From the IMG/VR virus record IMGVR_UViG_3300044643_000906, positions 1 to 61,753 of that record: 61,753 nucleotides of DNA; one strand, written 5' to 3'. A program made the position numbers and the translations under genes. Shown piece after piece: positions 1-8,398 of this stretch. A model generated the notes under the pieces. It saw only the letters and a program-made list of their open reading frames with translations, had not been told where the DNA came from and searched no databases. This DNA comes from a virus. Taxonomy: Duplodnaviria > Caudoviricetes. Every line of letters starts with the position of its first letter. The stretch's first letter is position 1.

Positions 1-127
1 CCCACTTTCCCGCTCGTGCCGTCCGATTGGGAGTCGATGATCCCCAAGTGGGGCGGCAGGTTCTCTGCCTTCCTGCGTCGGGCCGACGGGCTGGACAACG
101 TCCCGCCCTCCGATGAGAGCCGGGCCT
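1..127. repeat. 127-bp direct terminal repeat (copy at 61627-61753), indicating a circular contig
   Basis: Exact identity of 1-127 with 61627-61753. The AAA ATPase reading frame continues across the join. Confidence 0.97.
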
Positions 128-588
128 ACCCATCGCAGCGGTCGTGGCACAACGCAGTCAAGTGCGTGGCCGCTGCCGATGCGGCTGGTGCTGACCTGAT
201 CAGCGATCAGTCGTTCGTCCGCAAGATGGTGGCGGGCAACGTCGGTGAGGTGGCAGCCGATCAGTTCTGCCAGTTCAACGCGGCCTTCGACTTGGTCGAT
301 CCGCTCGCGGTGGTCGATGGCACTGCGAAGTTCAAGCACAACCCGGCTCGCCCCGACCTGACGTTCTGCGTGTGTGCATCCATCGCCTCGGCCATGCTCG
401 GTCAGGGGTTCAGTGAGGATCGATGGAACGCAGCAGCTGGGTTCTTCGCCGGGCTGGCGAAGGACACGGGGCCGGAGATTCCCCTCCGCTACACCGGCCT
501 GCTGAATCAGGCGGCGGCAGCGAGGAAGTATGCCCCGCCTGCCAAGGTGCTGGCCCCGATTGTCGAGTTGGCGAAGTCGCTTCGCTAA
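1..588 (+). CDS. MoxR-like AAA+ ATPase, 3' part
   Basis: Same frame as the 61099 ORF across the terminal repeat. Contains the AYPSQRSW lid-type motif. Confidence 0.88.
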   Translation, partial: PTFPLVPSDWESMIPKWGGRFSAFLRRADGLDNVPPSDESRAYPSQRSWHNAVKCVAAADAAGADLISDQSFVRKMVAGNVGEVAADQFCQFNAAFDLVDPLAVVDGTAKFKHNPARPDLTFCVCASIASAMLGQGFSEDRWNAAAGFFAGLAKDTGPEIPLRYTGLLNQAAAARKYAPPAKVLAPIVELAKSLR

Positions 589-660
589 ACGGCTGGTTGT
601 TAGTAGCCGGGCAGGTGCGTTGCCTGCCCGGCCAGACCACATGAGACAAGGAGACTGACG

Positions 661-2202
661 ATGGACAATGTGAACGACGAGACGCGGATGAAGGTGGCGA
701 AGTTTCGCACCAGCTGCAAGGCGGTCGTGCCCTACCTCACTCAGACAATCTACGGGCTGATCCCCGTGCGTGCCCCGGGCTGCAAGACGATGGCGGTTGA
801 TCAGTATGGTCGGCTCTACTACGACCCGTCCTACGTCAACCGCGTCACGCCTGAGACGGGGCGATGGACGATCCTGCACGAGGTGCTGCATGTGGTGCTC
901 GGCCACTGCCGCCTCGGCAAGCGTGTTCTGGGCGACAACCCCACGGCACAGATGTGCCTGCTGTGGAACATCGCCTGCGATATCGTGGTCAACCAGCTGC
1001 TCGATGCGTGGGGGCAGGATGCACCGGAAGGTGTCTACACCTACCAGCGCATGGGTTTCCCGCCCAAGCTGTCCGCGATTGAGTACTACCGCCTGCTCGT
1101 GCAGCAGGAGGAGGAGAAGCAGCAGCAGCGTGAGCAGCAGCAGGAGTCGGACGACTCGGAGTCGGACGACGAGCAGGACGAGGACGATTCCACCAGCGAG
1201 GAGGACGACGATGACGATCAGCAGCAGGGAGATGGAGATCGTGATGGGGATAGCGAGTCGGACGAACCCGGTGATGAGGAAGGCGAAGACGATGCGGAGT
1301 CCGGTGCTGGCTCCGACTCGGAGGACGGCGAGGAGGATGCATCATCCGACGGCGAAGCTGATGGCGACGAGGAAGATGGCGAGGCTGATGGTGCGGGTGG
1401 CGAGGGCGGGGATGGCGAGGAGAGCGGAGATCAGTCTGGTGATGGCGGGGATGCGGAGCCAGTAGAGGGTGCCGGTGGAAGCGGTGCCGACGGCCAGCCC
1501 CGCAGCTACGAACTCCCGCCCGACGCGGGTCACGCCGACCGCGAGTACTCGATGGTGAGTGAGCTTGAGAAAGCCATCGAGGAGCAGGAGGCTAAGGCTC
1601 CGGGCTCAGTCCCCGGGGAACTGAAGGCGGCGGTCGAGTTCAAGCTGCGACCGCAGCCCGACCCCTTCGATGTGCTGCGTGCAGCAGTGGCACGGGCAGT
1701 GGCAACACCGCTCGGGTCACCCGACTACACGTTCCGCCGCCTGTCCCGCAGGCAGGGTGATCCCAATGGGCCGCGTCTGCGTGGCATCAAGAAGGAGATG
1801 CCCAACGTGGTGGTGCTGCTCGACACGAGCGGCTCGATGGGGTGGGGCTATGACCATGACCTCACCACTCGGGCACTCGACTGCATCGCCAAGGGGGTGC
1901 GTCGGTTGCAGTCAGTGCGTGTGATCTGCGGTGACGCAGCACTGCATAACGATCAGGTCGTGCGGTCGGTCGGCCGCATGAAGATCGAGGGTGGTGGCGG
2001 CACCGACATGGGACAGCTGATCGAGCAGCTGGACAAGGAGGTGCGGCCGGATGCCATCCTCGTGGTGACAGACCTTGAGACAGCGTGGTGTGACAAGCCG
2101 CGGGCGAAGGTGGTGATCGCTGGTGTCAAGGCACCGTGCGATTACTACCCCGTCCCGGCATGGGCAAAGTTCGTAGACCTAACCAAGAAGGGAGGTGGTT
2201 GA
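661..2202 (+). CDS. HExxH metallopeptidase-like plus vWA domain protein (DUF2201-like) with a long acidic linker
   Basis: N-terminal TMAVD...HEVLH...WNIACD, a D/E/G-rich linker, and MIDAS elements DTSGSM, GGGGTD and VVTD. Adjacent to the MoxR ATPase. Confidence 0.88.
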   Translation: MDNVNDETRMKVAKFRTSCKAVVPYLTQTIYGLIPVRAPGCKTMAVDQYGRLYYDPSYVNRVTPETGRWTILHEVLHVVLGHCRLGKRVLGDNPTAQMCLLWNIACDIVVNQLLDAWGQDAPEGVYTYQRMGFPPKLSAIEYYRLLVQQEEEKQQQREQQQESDDSESDDEQDEDDSTSEEDDDDDQQQGDGDRDGDSESDEPGDEEGEDDAESGAGSDSEDGEEDASSDGEADGDEEDGEADGAGGEGGDGEESGDQSGDGGDAEPVEGAGGSGADGQPRSYELPPDAGHADREYSMVSELEKAIEEQEAKAPGSVPGELKAAVEFKLRPQPDPFDVLRAAVARAVATPLGSPDYTFRRLSRRQGDPNGPRLRGIKKEMPNVVVLLDTSGSMGWGYDHDLTTRALDCIAKGVRRLQSVRVICGDAALHNDQVVRSVGRMKIEGGGGTDMGQLIEQLDKEVRPDAILVVTDLETAWCDKPRAKVVIAGVKAPCDYYPVPAWAKFVDLTKKGGG

Positions 2203-2857
2203 GATGAGCAAGCGAGTGGCCGACATGACAGCCGACGAACTGGAGGATCAGCGTCGGCGGCGGCGGGAGTACGCGAAGCGTTATCGTGCAGCCAACCCGG
2301 ATGTTCCTAAGCGGCACAACAAAGCCCATCATGCGGCCAACAGGCAGGCCAACCTTGCCCGCATGAAGAAGTACTATTCGGCCAACAGCGAGGCCATCAG
2401 GGAACGCAACAGGCAGTGGAGGATCAGCAACCTCCCCCAAATCCGGGGCAAGCAGTGCCGCTATCACGCACGCCGGATGGCTAGGGACATTAACTACCGG
2501 CTGGCCTGCCTTCTACGGGCGAGGCTTGTGGCAACGCTTCGGCGGGGCAGGGCTGGCTCTGCCGTCCGCGATCTCGGCATGACCATCGCTGAGTTCAAGG
2601 CCCACATGGAATCTCAGTTCCTGCCCGGCATGACTTGGGACAACTGGGGCAAGGTCGCGGGGACATGGCAGATCGACCACCTCTACCCGCTCGCGGCGGC
2701 AGACCTGACCGACCGGGCCCAGCTGCTGGCGGTGTGCAACTACCGCAACCTGCAACCGCTGTGGTTCGCAGACAACAACGCCAAGGGTGACAGCGTGTCG
2801 CCCGCGGCACAGGCTTTGTTCGATGAGTTGGTTTCTCTTTTCCAAGGAGGCGAGTGA
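2195..2857 (+). CDS. HNH-type homing endonuclease-like protein
   Basis: Basic helical N-terminus, then GMTWDNWG...WQIDHLYP...NYRNLQPLW..DNNAK. Confidence 0.8.
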   Translation: MVEMSKRVADMTADELEDQRRRRREYAKRYRAANPDVPKRHNKAHHAANRQANLARMKKYYSANSEAIRERNRQWRISNLPQIRGKQCRYHARRMARDINYRLACLLRARLVATLRRGRAGSAVRDLGMTIAEFKAHMESQFLPGMTWDNWGKVAGTWQIDHLYPLAAADLTDRAQLLAVCNYRNLQPLWFADNNAKGDSVSPAAQALFDELVSLFQGGE

Positions 2858-3495
2858 TGGCACGAGCGAAAGACGAGTGGCTGCACCAGCACATCTACAC
2901 TGACCCGAACGGGGACTGCACGCCGCACACGCGGGCAGAGTTGCTCCGGTTCATGGGCAGTAAGTGGTATCTCAAGGGCCTGCCCCTTGACCACGCCAAG
3001 CTGCTGCACCGGAAGATCACTGCGATGGGCAAGGAGCTAGATGCCCGGGTCGAGATCGGCGTGGCAGACAAGCTGAAGCGGTTCATGCACGAACCCCTCT
3101 GGCCGTACTTCGCCATCGCCCAGTTCGAAGGCGACAAGTTACGGCAGGGGTACGTCATCATCCCCTGTGCATCCAACTACTGGCTGCCGTGGAAACTGAG
3201 TACTGCTTCTGGAGTGATGAAGCTGCCGGTCTGGGACGCATGGACGCGGCTCTGTCCGGTGAAGCATGAGATCGAGGGGTCGCGGGGGCAGGTGATGCCG
3301 GTCACTGAAGACCAGCTGGCCGACCGGGATACCGTGAGGAAGGGCGATGCGTACCTGCTCAACCTCACGGCCTGCCCCCGGTTGCACTACCGCCATCGAG
3401 AGTCCCTCGGTACGGCGGTCACGTTTGGTCAGATAGATGAGGTCATAGATACCGTGCGGTGTCGCCTCGCATTCGGCATGTTGCCATCAGCATAG
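2854..3495 (+). CDS. Hypothetical protein
   Basis: 213-aa ORF coupled to the upstream stop, with RBS GGAGG. Confidence 0.65.
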   Translation: MMARAKDEWLHQHIYTDPNGDCTPHTRAELLRFMGSKWYLKGLPLDHAKLLHRKITAMGKELDARVEIGVADKLKRFMHEPLWPYFAIAQFEGDKLRQGYVIIPCASNYWLPWKLSTASGVMKLPVWDAWTRLCPVKHEIEGSRGQVMPVTEDQLADRDTVRKGDAYLLNLTACPRLHYRHRESLGTAVTFGQIDEVIDTVRCRLAFGMLPSA

Positions 3496-3504
3496 GGGTG
3501 GATA

Positions 3505-3579
3505 ATGGAACTCATACTGTCTTGTATCTTCTTCGGCGTGGTCTGGGCGGTTCTCATCGGCAACGAAAGCACTAAGTGA
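3505..3579 (+). CDS. Small hydrophobic peptide (MELILSCIFFGVVWAVLIGNESTK)
   Basis: Manual translation. Fills the gap, and its stop overlaps the next start. One predicted transmembrane segment. Confidence 0.45.
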   Translation: MELILSCIFFGVVWAVLIGNESTK

Positions 3580-4364
3580 AAGGACGTTACATGCAGGTCT
3601 TTATGTACGGTCGGCACTCGACCGCGAAGCAGAGTGCTACGGAGGATGTCCAGAAGGAAGCGTGCGAGCGGCACTTCAAGCTGACGCTCAAGCCCAAGGG
3701 GGCCACGCTTGCGGGCTGGTTCTATGACGCAGCCGTGTCGGGCAGCAAGGGATTCGCTGACCGACCAGCTGGCGTGCAGGTCTGGGTGTCGGCTCGGAGG
3801 GGGGACTACATCGTGGTCAGCCACCTCGACCGGGCGTTCCGCTCGCTGATCGATGGGGCCAACTGCATCGAGGGACTCAAGCATCGGGGCGTGCATTTCG
3901 TCGCACTCGATCTCGGGCTCGACACATCAACCCCGATGGGTGAGTTCGCCCTGCACATCTTCCTCGCTGCTGCCCAGATGCAGCGGAGGTACATCGCGGA
4001 GCGAACGAGGGAGGTGATCCAGCACAAGCTGGCGATGGGCAAGCCGCACGCTGGGCAGAGGACAGGGGCACCCATCGGCTGGCGTCAGTCGGGGCTGGGC
4101 TGGATCGAGGCACCCGACGAAAGGGAGCAGGTCGAGAAGCTGTGTGTCATGCGTGACTCGGGCATGAGCCCGGCCCGCATCGAGCAGATGATCAACAAGC
4201 CAGACCTGCGTAGTCAGTTCGTCCGACGGTACGCGGTGAGCAAGAGGTGGACGCCACGCTACATCCGGCTGGCGTTCAGGGCTCGTGATCTGGGGTATCC
4301 AAAGTGCTTCCTAAACTCTCGCTCACGCAAGCCGAAAGCTGATCATACGCCTGCGTCAGCCTAG
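3576..4364 (+). CDS. Serine recombinase (resolvase/invertase family catalytic domain)
   Basis: YGRHST..Q (catalytic Ser), D.AVSG...DRP, LDRAFRS, DTSTPMG, IAERT, and a G.P.GW start to the C-terminal domain. Confidence 0.92.
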   Translation: MKGRYMQVFMYGRHSTAKQSATEDVQKEACERHFKLTLKPKGATLAGWFYDAAVSGSKGFADRPAGVQVWVSARRGDYIVVSHLDRAFRSLIDGANCIEGLKHRGVHFVALDLGLDTSTPMGEFALHIFLAAAQMQRRYIAERTREVIQHKLAMGKPHAGQRTGAPIGWRQSGLGWIEAPDEREQVEKLCVMRDSGMSPARIEQMINKPDLRSQFVRRYAVSKRWTPRYIRLAFRARDLGYPKCFLNSRSRKPKADHTPASA

Positions 4365-4821
4365 CCTTGACTGTCTGCCACTGCACGCCATCCTCGCGTG
4401 CGATCTGTGCCATCGATCTGTGGTGGAGGACATGCCGTTGCACCACAGATCGTGAGTAGGAGGGGAGCGCCTCAAGGCAGCGGAGTGCATCCTCTCTGCC
4501 TGCCCCCTTCAGCTGGAGGCCGAGCGCCTTGGGTAGGTTAACCCTGCCGTCGTCGCCCTCGCGGCTACGCTTGGCACGCCTCACCTCTTTGAGTAGGGCG
4601 TGCTTGATGGCCGACCCAAAGTAAGTCTGCGGCTGGCTCTTAGTTGGATCGTAGGTCAGGCTCGCCTGCACCACGGCCAGCTGGGCGGTGCTGTCCAGAT
4701 CACAGTGCCGCAGCAGGCGGCGGTAGCTGGGGTGCTGGGCAATGAACGCGGCCACGCACACCGGCACATACTGGAGTGCTGATTCAGCCAACCTCTTCTG
4801 CTCGTCGGTGAGCCGTCTCAT
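4276..4821 (-). CDS. Sigma-70/ECF-like RNA polymerase sigma factor
   Basis: Region 2-like DLDSTAQLAVVQASLTYDPTKS..TY and region 4-like HTH (SMAQIAREDGVQWQTVKARL). ATG at 4821 with an RBS. Confidence 0.75.
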   Translation of the reverse strand: MRRLTDEQKRLAESALQYVPVCVAAFIAQHPSYRRLLRHCDLDSTAQLAVVQASLTYDPTKSQPQTYFGSAIKHALLKEVRRAKRSREGDDGRVNLPKALGLQLKGAGREDALRCLEALPSYSRSVVQRHVLHHRSMAQIAREDGVQWQTVKARLTQAYDQLSACVSESLGSTLDTPDHEP

Positions 4822-5144
4822 TGCAGCGTCCTCACCCACACCTCGCCCCGCCAGCGGCGAGCACAGAGCGTCTCGTGGCACCGCTCGCACACCGGGGTGT
4901 CCGACGGCAGGCCCGAGCTATCAACCTTCACAGACGCAGGCCGGAGGCCACAGTGGGGGCACAGGCTAGTGGGATTTACGCCAGCCTTTGAGACGCTGGA
5001 GGACGGCTTTGCTTTTGCCACCGGGCGTGCCGTCTTTGTAGCTCCCGTCCCCCGCTTTGGAGAGGGGTTCGTAGACGACTTCGCCTTTGGCCGAGTCGAG
5101 CGTTTGCTGCAACGCCCCGATGGCTTTCGCCTGCCTGACTCCAT
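4818..5144 (-). CDS. Possible small Zn-finger protein (CPHC...CERC)
   Basis: Its stop overlaps the sigma ATG and it has two CxxC motifs. The start is uncertain and the ORF overlaps 4966..5298. Confidence 0.4.
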   Translation of the reverse strand: MESGRRKPSGRCSKRSTRPKAKSSTNPSPKRGTGATKTARPVAKAKPSSSVSKAGVNPTSLCPHCGLRPASVKVDSSGLPSDTPVCERCHETLCARRWRGEVWVRTLQ

Positions 5145-5298
5145 ACAGAACCGACCCAAGCAGCATGACCAGCAGCACGACGCAGAGCAGTTCTGCGACA
5201 TGCTTCAGCACGATGCCGGGCAACGCCTCCTTGGTTGCCGGGCGGGCACCATCCTCGCCTGAGAATGGGTGCGCCGCCGAGTACTCTTCATAAACCAT
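4966..5298 (-). CDS. Hypothetical membrane protein
   Basis: 110 aa with one hydrophobic segment (LLCVVLLVMLLGSVLYGV). G-rich RBS-like sequence upstream. Confidence 0.55.
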   Translation of the reverse strand: MVYEEYSAAHPFSGEDGARPATKEALPGIVLKHVAELLCVVLLVMLLGSVLYGVRQAKAIGALQQTLDSAKGEVVYEPLSKAGDGSYKDGTPGGKSKAVLQRLKGWRKSH

Positions 5299-5311
5299 CG
5301 TACCCCCAATG

Positions 5312-5325
5312 TGAACGCCCGTACA
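5312..5325. promoter_or_regulatory. Palindromic operator-like box TGAAC-GCCC-GTACA
   Basis: Intergenic, about 14 nt upstream of the gene cluster ending in the sigma factor. Similar boxes at 12705, 32477 and 54287. Confidence 0.5.
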
Positions 5326-5337
5326 TACCCACTGATC

Positions 5338-5658
5338 TTATGGCTTCGCCCCCGGCTGCTGGATTTTCCACCCCCTCCGGGTGCCCGGCTGGCAGTGGGT
5401 CAGCAGGTCGGCCCGCATTCGATCCTCGTCCACACCCAGTGCCTCGCAGCACTCACCGAAACTGAGTGCTCCACCACCGTCCATCCAGCCGCGGGCCACC
5501 TCCCGCTGACGCTGGACTTCTCGGATGAACGGACGCATCTCACGGCTGCTGTGGTTACGCGGCCTCTCTGCCAGAGCGTAGGCCGTGCTCACTAGCAGGC
5601 TGCCGCACAGTCGGCGGTAGCCACCCTCGATCTCATCGGCGGTCAAGTTATTCAACAT
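5338..5658 (-). CDS. Hypothetical protein
   Basis: 106-aa ORF inside a tightly packed - strand operon. Confidence 0.65.
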   Translation of the reverse strand: MLNNLTADEIEGGYRRLCGSLLVSTAYALAERPRNHSSREMRPFIREVQRQREVARGWMDGGGALSFGECCEALGVDEDRMRADLLTHCQPGTRRGWKIQQPGAKP

Positions 5659-6028
5659 CGCTCGGCACCTCCCCGTCCTTGGGAATCTTGCAACCGGCCT
5701 GACGCAGGTCGGTATTCAAATGGGGCCACAGTTCCTCGGAGTGCATCGAGAAGCACAGGTTCCAAGCAGCGTGACTGAGGTGATCCTCCGAGCGATCCCC
5801 CTCCAAGTAGCTATAGATGTGCGACAAGGCGTGGTTCAGGAACACCGAGATCGGCAGCCCCCTCTCCACGTTCAGAGCACCGTACTTCTCGGCACCCTCG
5901 TGGCTGGCCTGCGCCATCCGACGCAGCCCGATGGGCGACAGCAGTTCGAATCTCACGTCCTTCGCACTGCGCTTGGCACCAGAGCGGAACGTCGCCACTC
6001 CGCTCGTCACTTGCGGTTTACCCCACAT
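5648..6028 (-). CDS. dATP/dGTP diphosphohydrolase domain protein (DUF5664-like)
   Basis: F.SGAKR...RFELLSP.GLRRMA....GAEKYG..N.E.G......HAL.H...YL.GD.SEDHL.HAAWN. Confidence 0.82.
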   Translation of the reverse strand: MWGKPQVTSGVATFRSGAKRSAKDVRFELLSPIGLRRMAQASHEGAEKYGALNVERGLPISVFLNHALSHIYSYLEGDRSEDHLSHAAWNLCFSMHSEELWPHLNTDLRQAGCKIPKDGEVPSDVE

Positions 6029-6524
6029 GCTTACTCTCCTTGGTTAATGACCACTCTCTTGCATCCGACATATCAACAAATGCGTTAGCTCGGGTTGCCT
6101 TGCCACCATTGACGGTGGCCTGCGTCTCTGTCTGATCCACTCGCAGCTTGCAGCAGTACTGCCCAGAGGGGTCAGCGATCAGCTTGGTGAGGAGCAACTG
6201 CTCGTCCACGAGGTAGAGGAATCCGTAGAGGGGGACAGCCAGCAGTCGGGCTGCCTCTCTCCCCTCGTCCAGCTTCTCCATCGTGACCAGCCACTCGTCA
6301 TTCCACCCCTGACGCAGGGCATTCCTCGACAGCTTGTACCGGCACTTGGTTTCCACGACCGCGACGATCTCGCCAGACGGGCCGACAACCACGGCATCCA
6401 CCTTTGCAGGCTGATCCTTCGGCGTGCCCACATACCGGCAGCCAGTGGCCTTCTCAAAGATGGCAGCTGCTGCCTGCTCATCCCGTGCGGTCTGCTGCCC
6501 CTTGGGCGTGAGGATGTCCATCAC
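6018..6524 (-). CDS. Hypothetical PD-(D/E)XK-like protein
   Basis: VDA...VETKCR pattern. Coupled to neighbouring genes. Confidence 0.6.
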   Translation of the reverse strand: MMDILTPKGQQTARDEQAAAAIFEKATGCRYVGTPKDQPAKVDAVVVGPSGEIVAVVETKCRYKLSRNALRQGWNDEWLVTMEKLDEGREAARLLAVPLYGFLYLVDEQLLLTKLIADPSGQYCCKLRVDQTETQATVNGGKATRANAFVDMSDAREWSLTKESKHVG

Positions 6525-6892
6525 TTCACCTCATGTGCCGGGCCGGTCGAGCGCCTTGCCATGCCCCTCTGCATCCGCTCGATGAACGTGTGCAAATCCT
6601 TCATGCGTACCGTGACCAGCCACTCGCTGCCGTTCTTGCGATGGCAGATCATCGGCGTCTTCAGGTGCGGTGCCGCATCGAGCACTGCCTTTGCCATGGC
6701 CTCCTCGATGTTCAGCCGCTGCACCCTCTTGCACTCCACGAGCACGCCCGGGAGTTCCTCCACCAACAGATCGCTGGTTGCATCCGCACCGGAGTACTGC
6801 TGCGAGCGCCTCGCTGTGTACCCCATCGAGCGGAAGCACTCGGCTAGTTCGCGCTCGCCAGCTGCTCCCTTGGCTCGGCTATTGATGGTCAT
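6521..6892 (-). CDS. Holliday junction resolvase-like PD-(D/E)XK nuclease
   Basis: NSRAKGAAGERE...ARRSQQY...SD...VECKR...HRKNG.EW. Confidence 0.8.
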   Translation of the reverse strand: MTINSRAKGAAGERELAECFRSMGYTARRSQQYSGADATSDLLVEELPGVLVECKRVQRLNIEEAMAKAVLDAAPHLKTPMICHRKNGSEWLVTVRMKDLHTFIERMQRGMARRSTGPAHEVK

Positions 6893-7241
6893 TGTCTTCT
6901 CGCTCCTTGATTGCCCAGCTGGGCAGGGGTTGTGGGTCACACGGGAGGGCACGACGATGTCGAAGGCCAGCCAAGTACTCGATGTCCACTTCACCGTCTT
7001 CCTCCTGCTTGGCTGTGATGATCTGGCAGATGTCTAGGTTCTTCTTGCCACCCGAATGGAACCCGTAGTGGCACTCGTTACACAGGAGGATCAGACCTCG
7101 ATGATCGTGCGGATCTTTTCCGCGGCGTCCTTGGATGTGGTGAATCTCCATCCTTCTGCCCGGCCGATACTTCCGGTAGTGACACACGGCACATCGGTCG
7201 TGGCTGAAGGCGTAGTCTTCCAGCTGCTTACTCTTCCCCAT
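6879..7241 (-). CDS. HNH endonuclease (Zn-binding)
   Basis: CAVC...EIHHI...LLCNECH..H. Confidence 0.75.
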   Translation of the reverse strand: MGKSKQLEDYAFSHDRCAVCHYRKYRPGRRMEIHHIQGRRGKDPHDHRGLILLCNECHYGFHSGGKKNLDICQIITAKQEEDGEVDIEYLAGLRHRRALPCDPQPLPSWAIKEREDNDHQ

Positions 7242-7965
7242 CTCTATCCACCTCCGCGATCTCTAGCGTGCGGCCCAGCTGGATCAGTTCCTTGGCGTGG
7301 GTCTGGTGATCAAACTCAGGGCAGATCATGCGGGCCCGGGCGATAAGCAGATCGAGGAACTCCAGTAACTCCTGCTTGGGGTAGTCCTCTGACTCCCTCT
7401 TGCAGATTTCCTGAGCGGCATACATCGAGTACACCAACAACTCCACGCCGAACCGCTCTGTCTCCTGCCGATCCTTGCGGCCGATCTCCTGCCGCACCAT
7501 CGCACCCGACCAATAGGCGATGGCCTCATCGAACAGGTAGAGGGGGATGCCTTCCCAATCCTTCTGCGAATCAATCAGGTAGGTCTTATAGACCGAGCCG
7601 CGAGAGTCCTCCGGGATGGCCGCAGCCACCATCGAGAGCTTCGTCTTCTCGGGGATGGGGAATCTGTAGACCGTGTTGTCGAGCAGGTAGAAGCCACGCT
7701 TCTGTGCGTCACTCAGTCGGCTGTTCAAGAAGTGGTGTGCCTCGTGTGCCCAAGTAATCCAATCGTCGTCGTGCCTCGCCTTCAGCACATCCTGCGGGGG
7801 CAGGTGGCGGGCAATGTCTCGGAGCGTCGGAGGGTAGTCGTCCATGCCCAGCCTCTGCTCCAGCCCCGGCCGGGCTGCTGGCGGCACGGCGACAATCTCC
7901 ATCCCCCACAGGAACATGACAGCGAGCACGGCACCGGCAAGCACAGCAGCGAAGTTGATCCACAT
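7228..7965 (-). CDS. Membrane-anchored putative metallopeptidase
   Basis: N-terminal hydrophobic anchor, HEAHH (HExxH), and downstream LFDE. Confidence 0.55.
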   Translation of the reverse strand: MWINFAAVLAGAVLAVMFLWGMEIVAVPPAARPGLEQRLGMDDYPPTLRDIARHLPPQDVLKARHDDDWITWAHEAHHFLNSRLSDAQKRGFYLLDNTVYRFPIPEKTKLSMVAAAIPEDSRGSVYKTYLIDSQKDWEGIPLYLFDEAIAYWSGAMVRQEIGRKDRQETERFGVELLVYSMYAAQEICKRESEDYPKQELLEFLDLLIARARMICPEFDHQTHAKELIQLGRTLEIAEVDRDGEE

Positions 7966-7979
7966 AGGTTCTCCTCGGG

Positions 7980-8084
7980 TTAGTCGTTCTCATCCATGAA
8001 AACACTGAACAGGATGACCGCGGTCGCGATCAGTAGTGCGAAGGCAAGGAAGTCGCAGGCCGCGACCCAGCAAGCAGTGAGCAT
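7980..8084 (-). CDS. Small hydrophobic protein
   Basis: MLTACW...; TGATG overlap with the upstream stop, RBS GGAGGAG. Confidence 0.45.
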   Translation of the reverse strand: MLTACWVAACDFLAFALLIATAVILFSVFMDEND

Positions 8085-8398
8085 CAGAACTCCTCCATCT
8101 CGGTGTCGGTCGCCAGCTGCATGGAGGCAGCCACCAGCCACTGAGCGAGGGCGTAGACTTGGTCGGGGTCGGTGAAGGTAAAGCCACCGTAGAGCGAGAG
8201 ACGCACGCATGGGCGGTCAGTCGGACGAGCCACGTCCAGCATCTGTGCGTCACGCTGACTGATCTCGCCACCGTCTGGCAGAAGGTCTTCAATCGCCAGA
8301 GAGTCGAACACGCTGTGCCTCTCGCCATTGCGGTAGACCGCGGTCATCACCGCTTGGCCTTCGCCCCTCACCACGCACATAGCCTCGTGATCAACCAT
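8084..8398 (-). CDS. Hypothetical protein
   Basis: 104-aa ORF coupled to the helicase gene. Confidence 0.6.
   Translation of the reverse strand: MVDHEAMCVVRGEGQAVMTAVYRNGERHSVFDSLAIEDLLPDGGEISQRDAQMLDVARPTDRPCVRLSLYGGFTFTDPDQVYALAQWLVAASMQLATDTEMEEF

Noticed and set aside
1-127. Terminal repeat as a biological direct terminal repeat
   Set aside because: It falls mid-gene, and 127 bp equals a common assembler k-mer length. It is best read as a circular-assembly overlap.
1105-1500. GAC/GAG/GAT-rich stretch as a DNA repeat element
   Set aside because: Explained by the acidic linker of the vWA protein.
5648-6028. Z-genome (2-aminoadenine) pathway
   Set aside because: No purZ-like gene and no phage DNA polymerase are recognisable.
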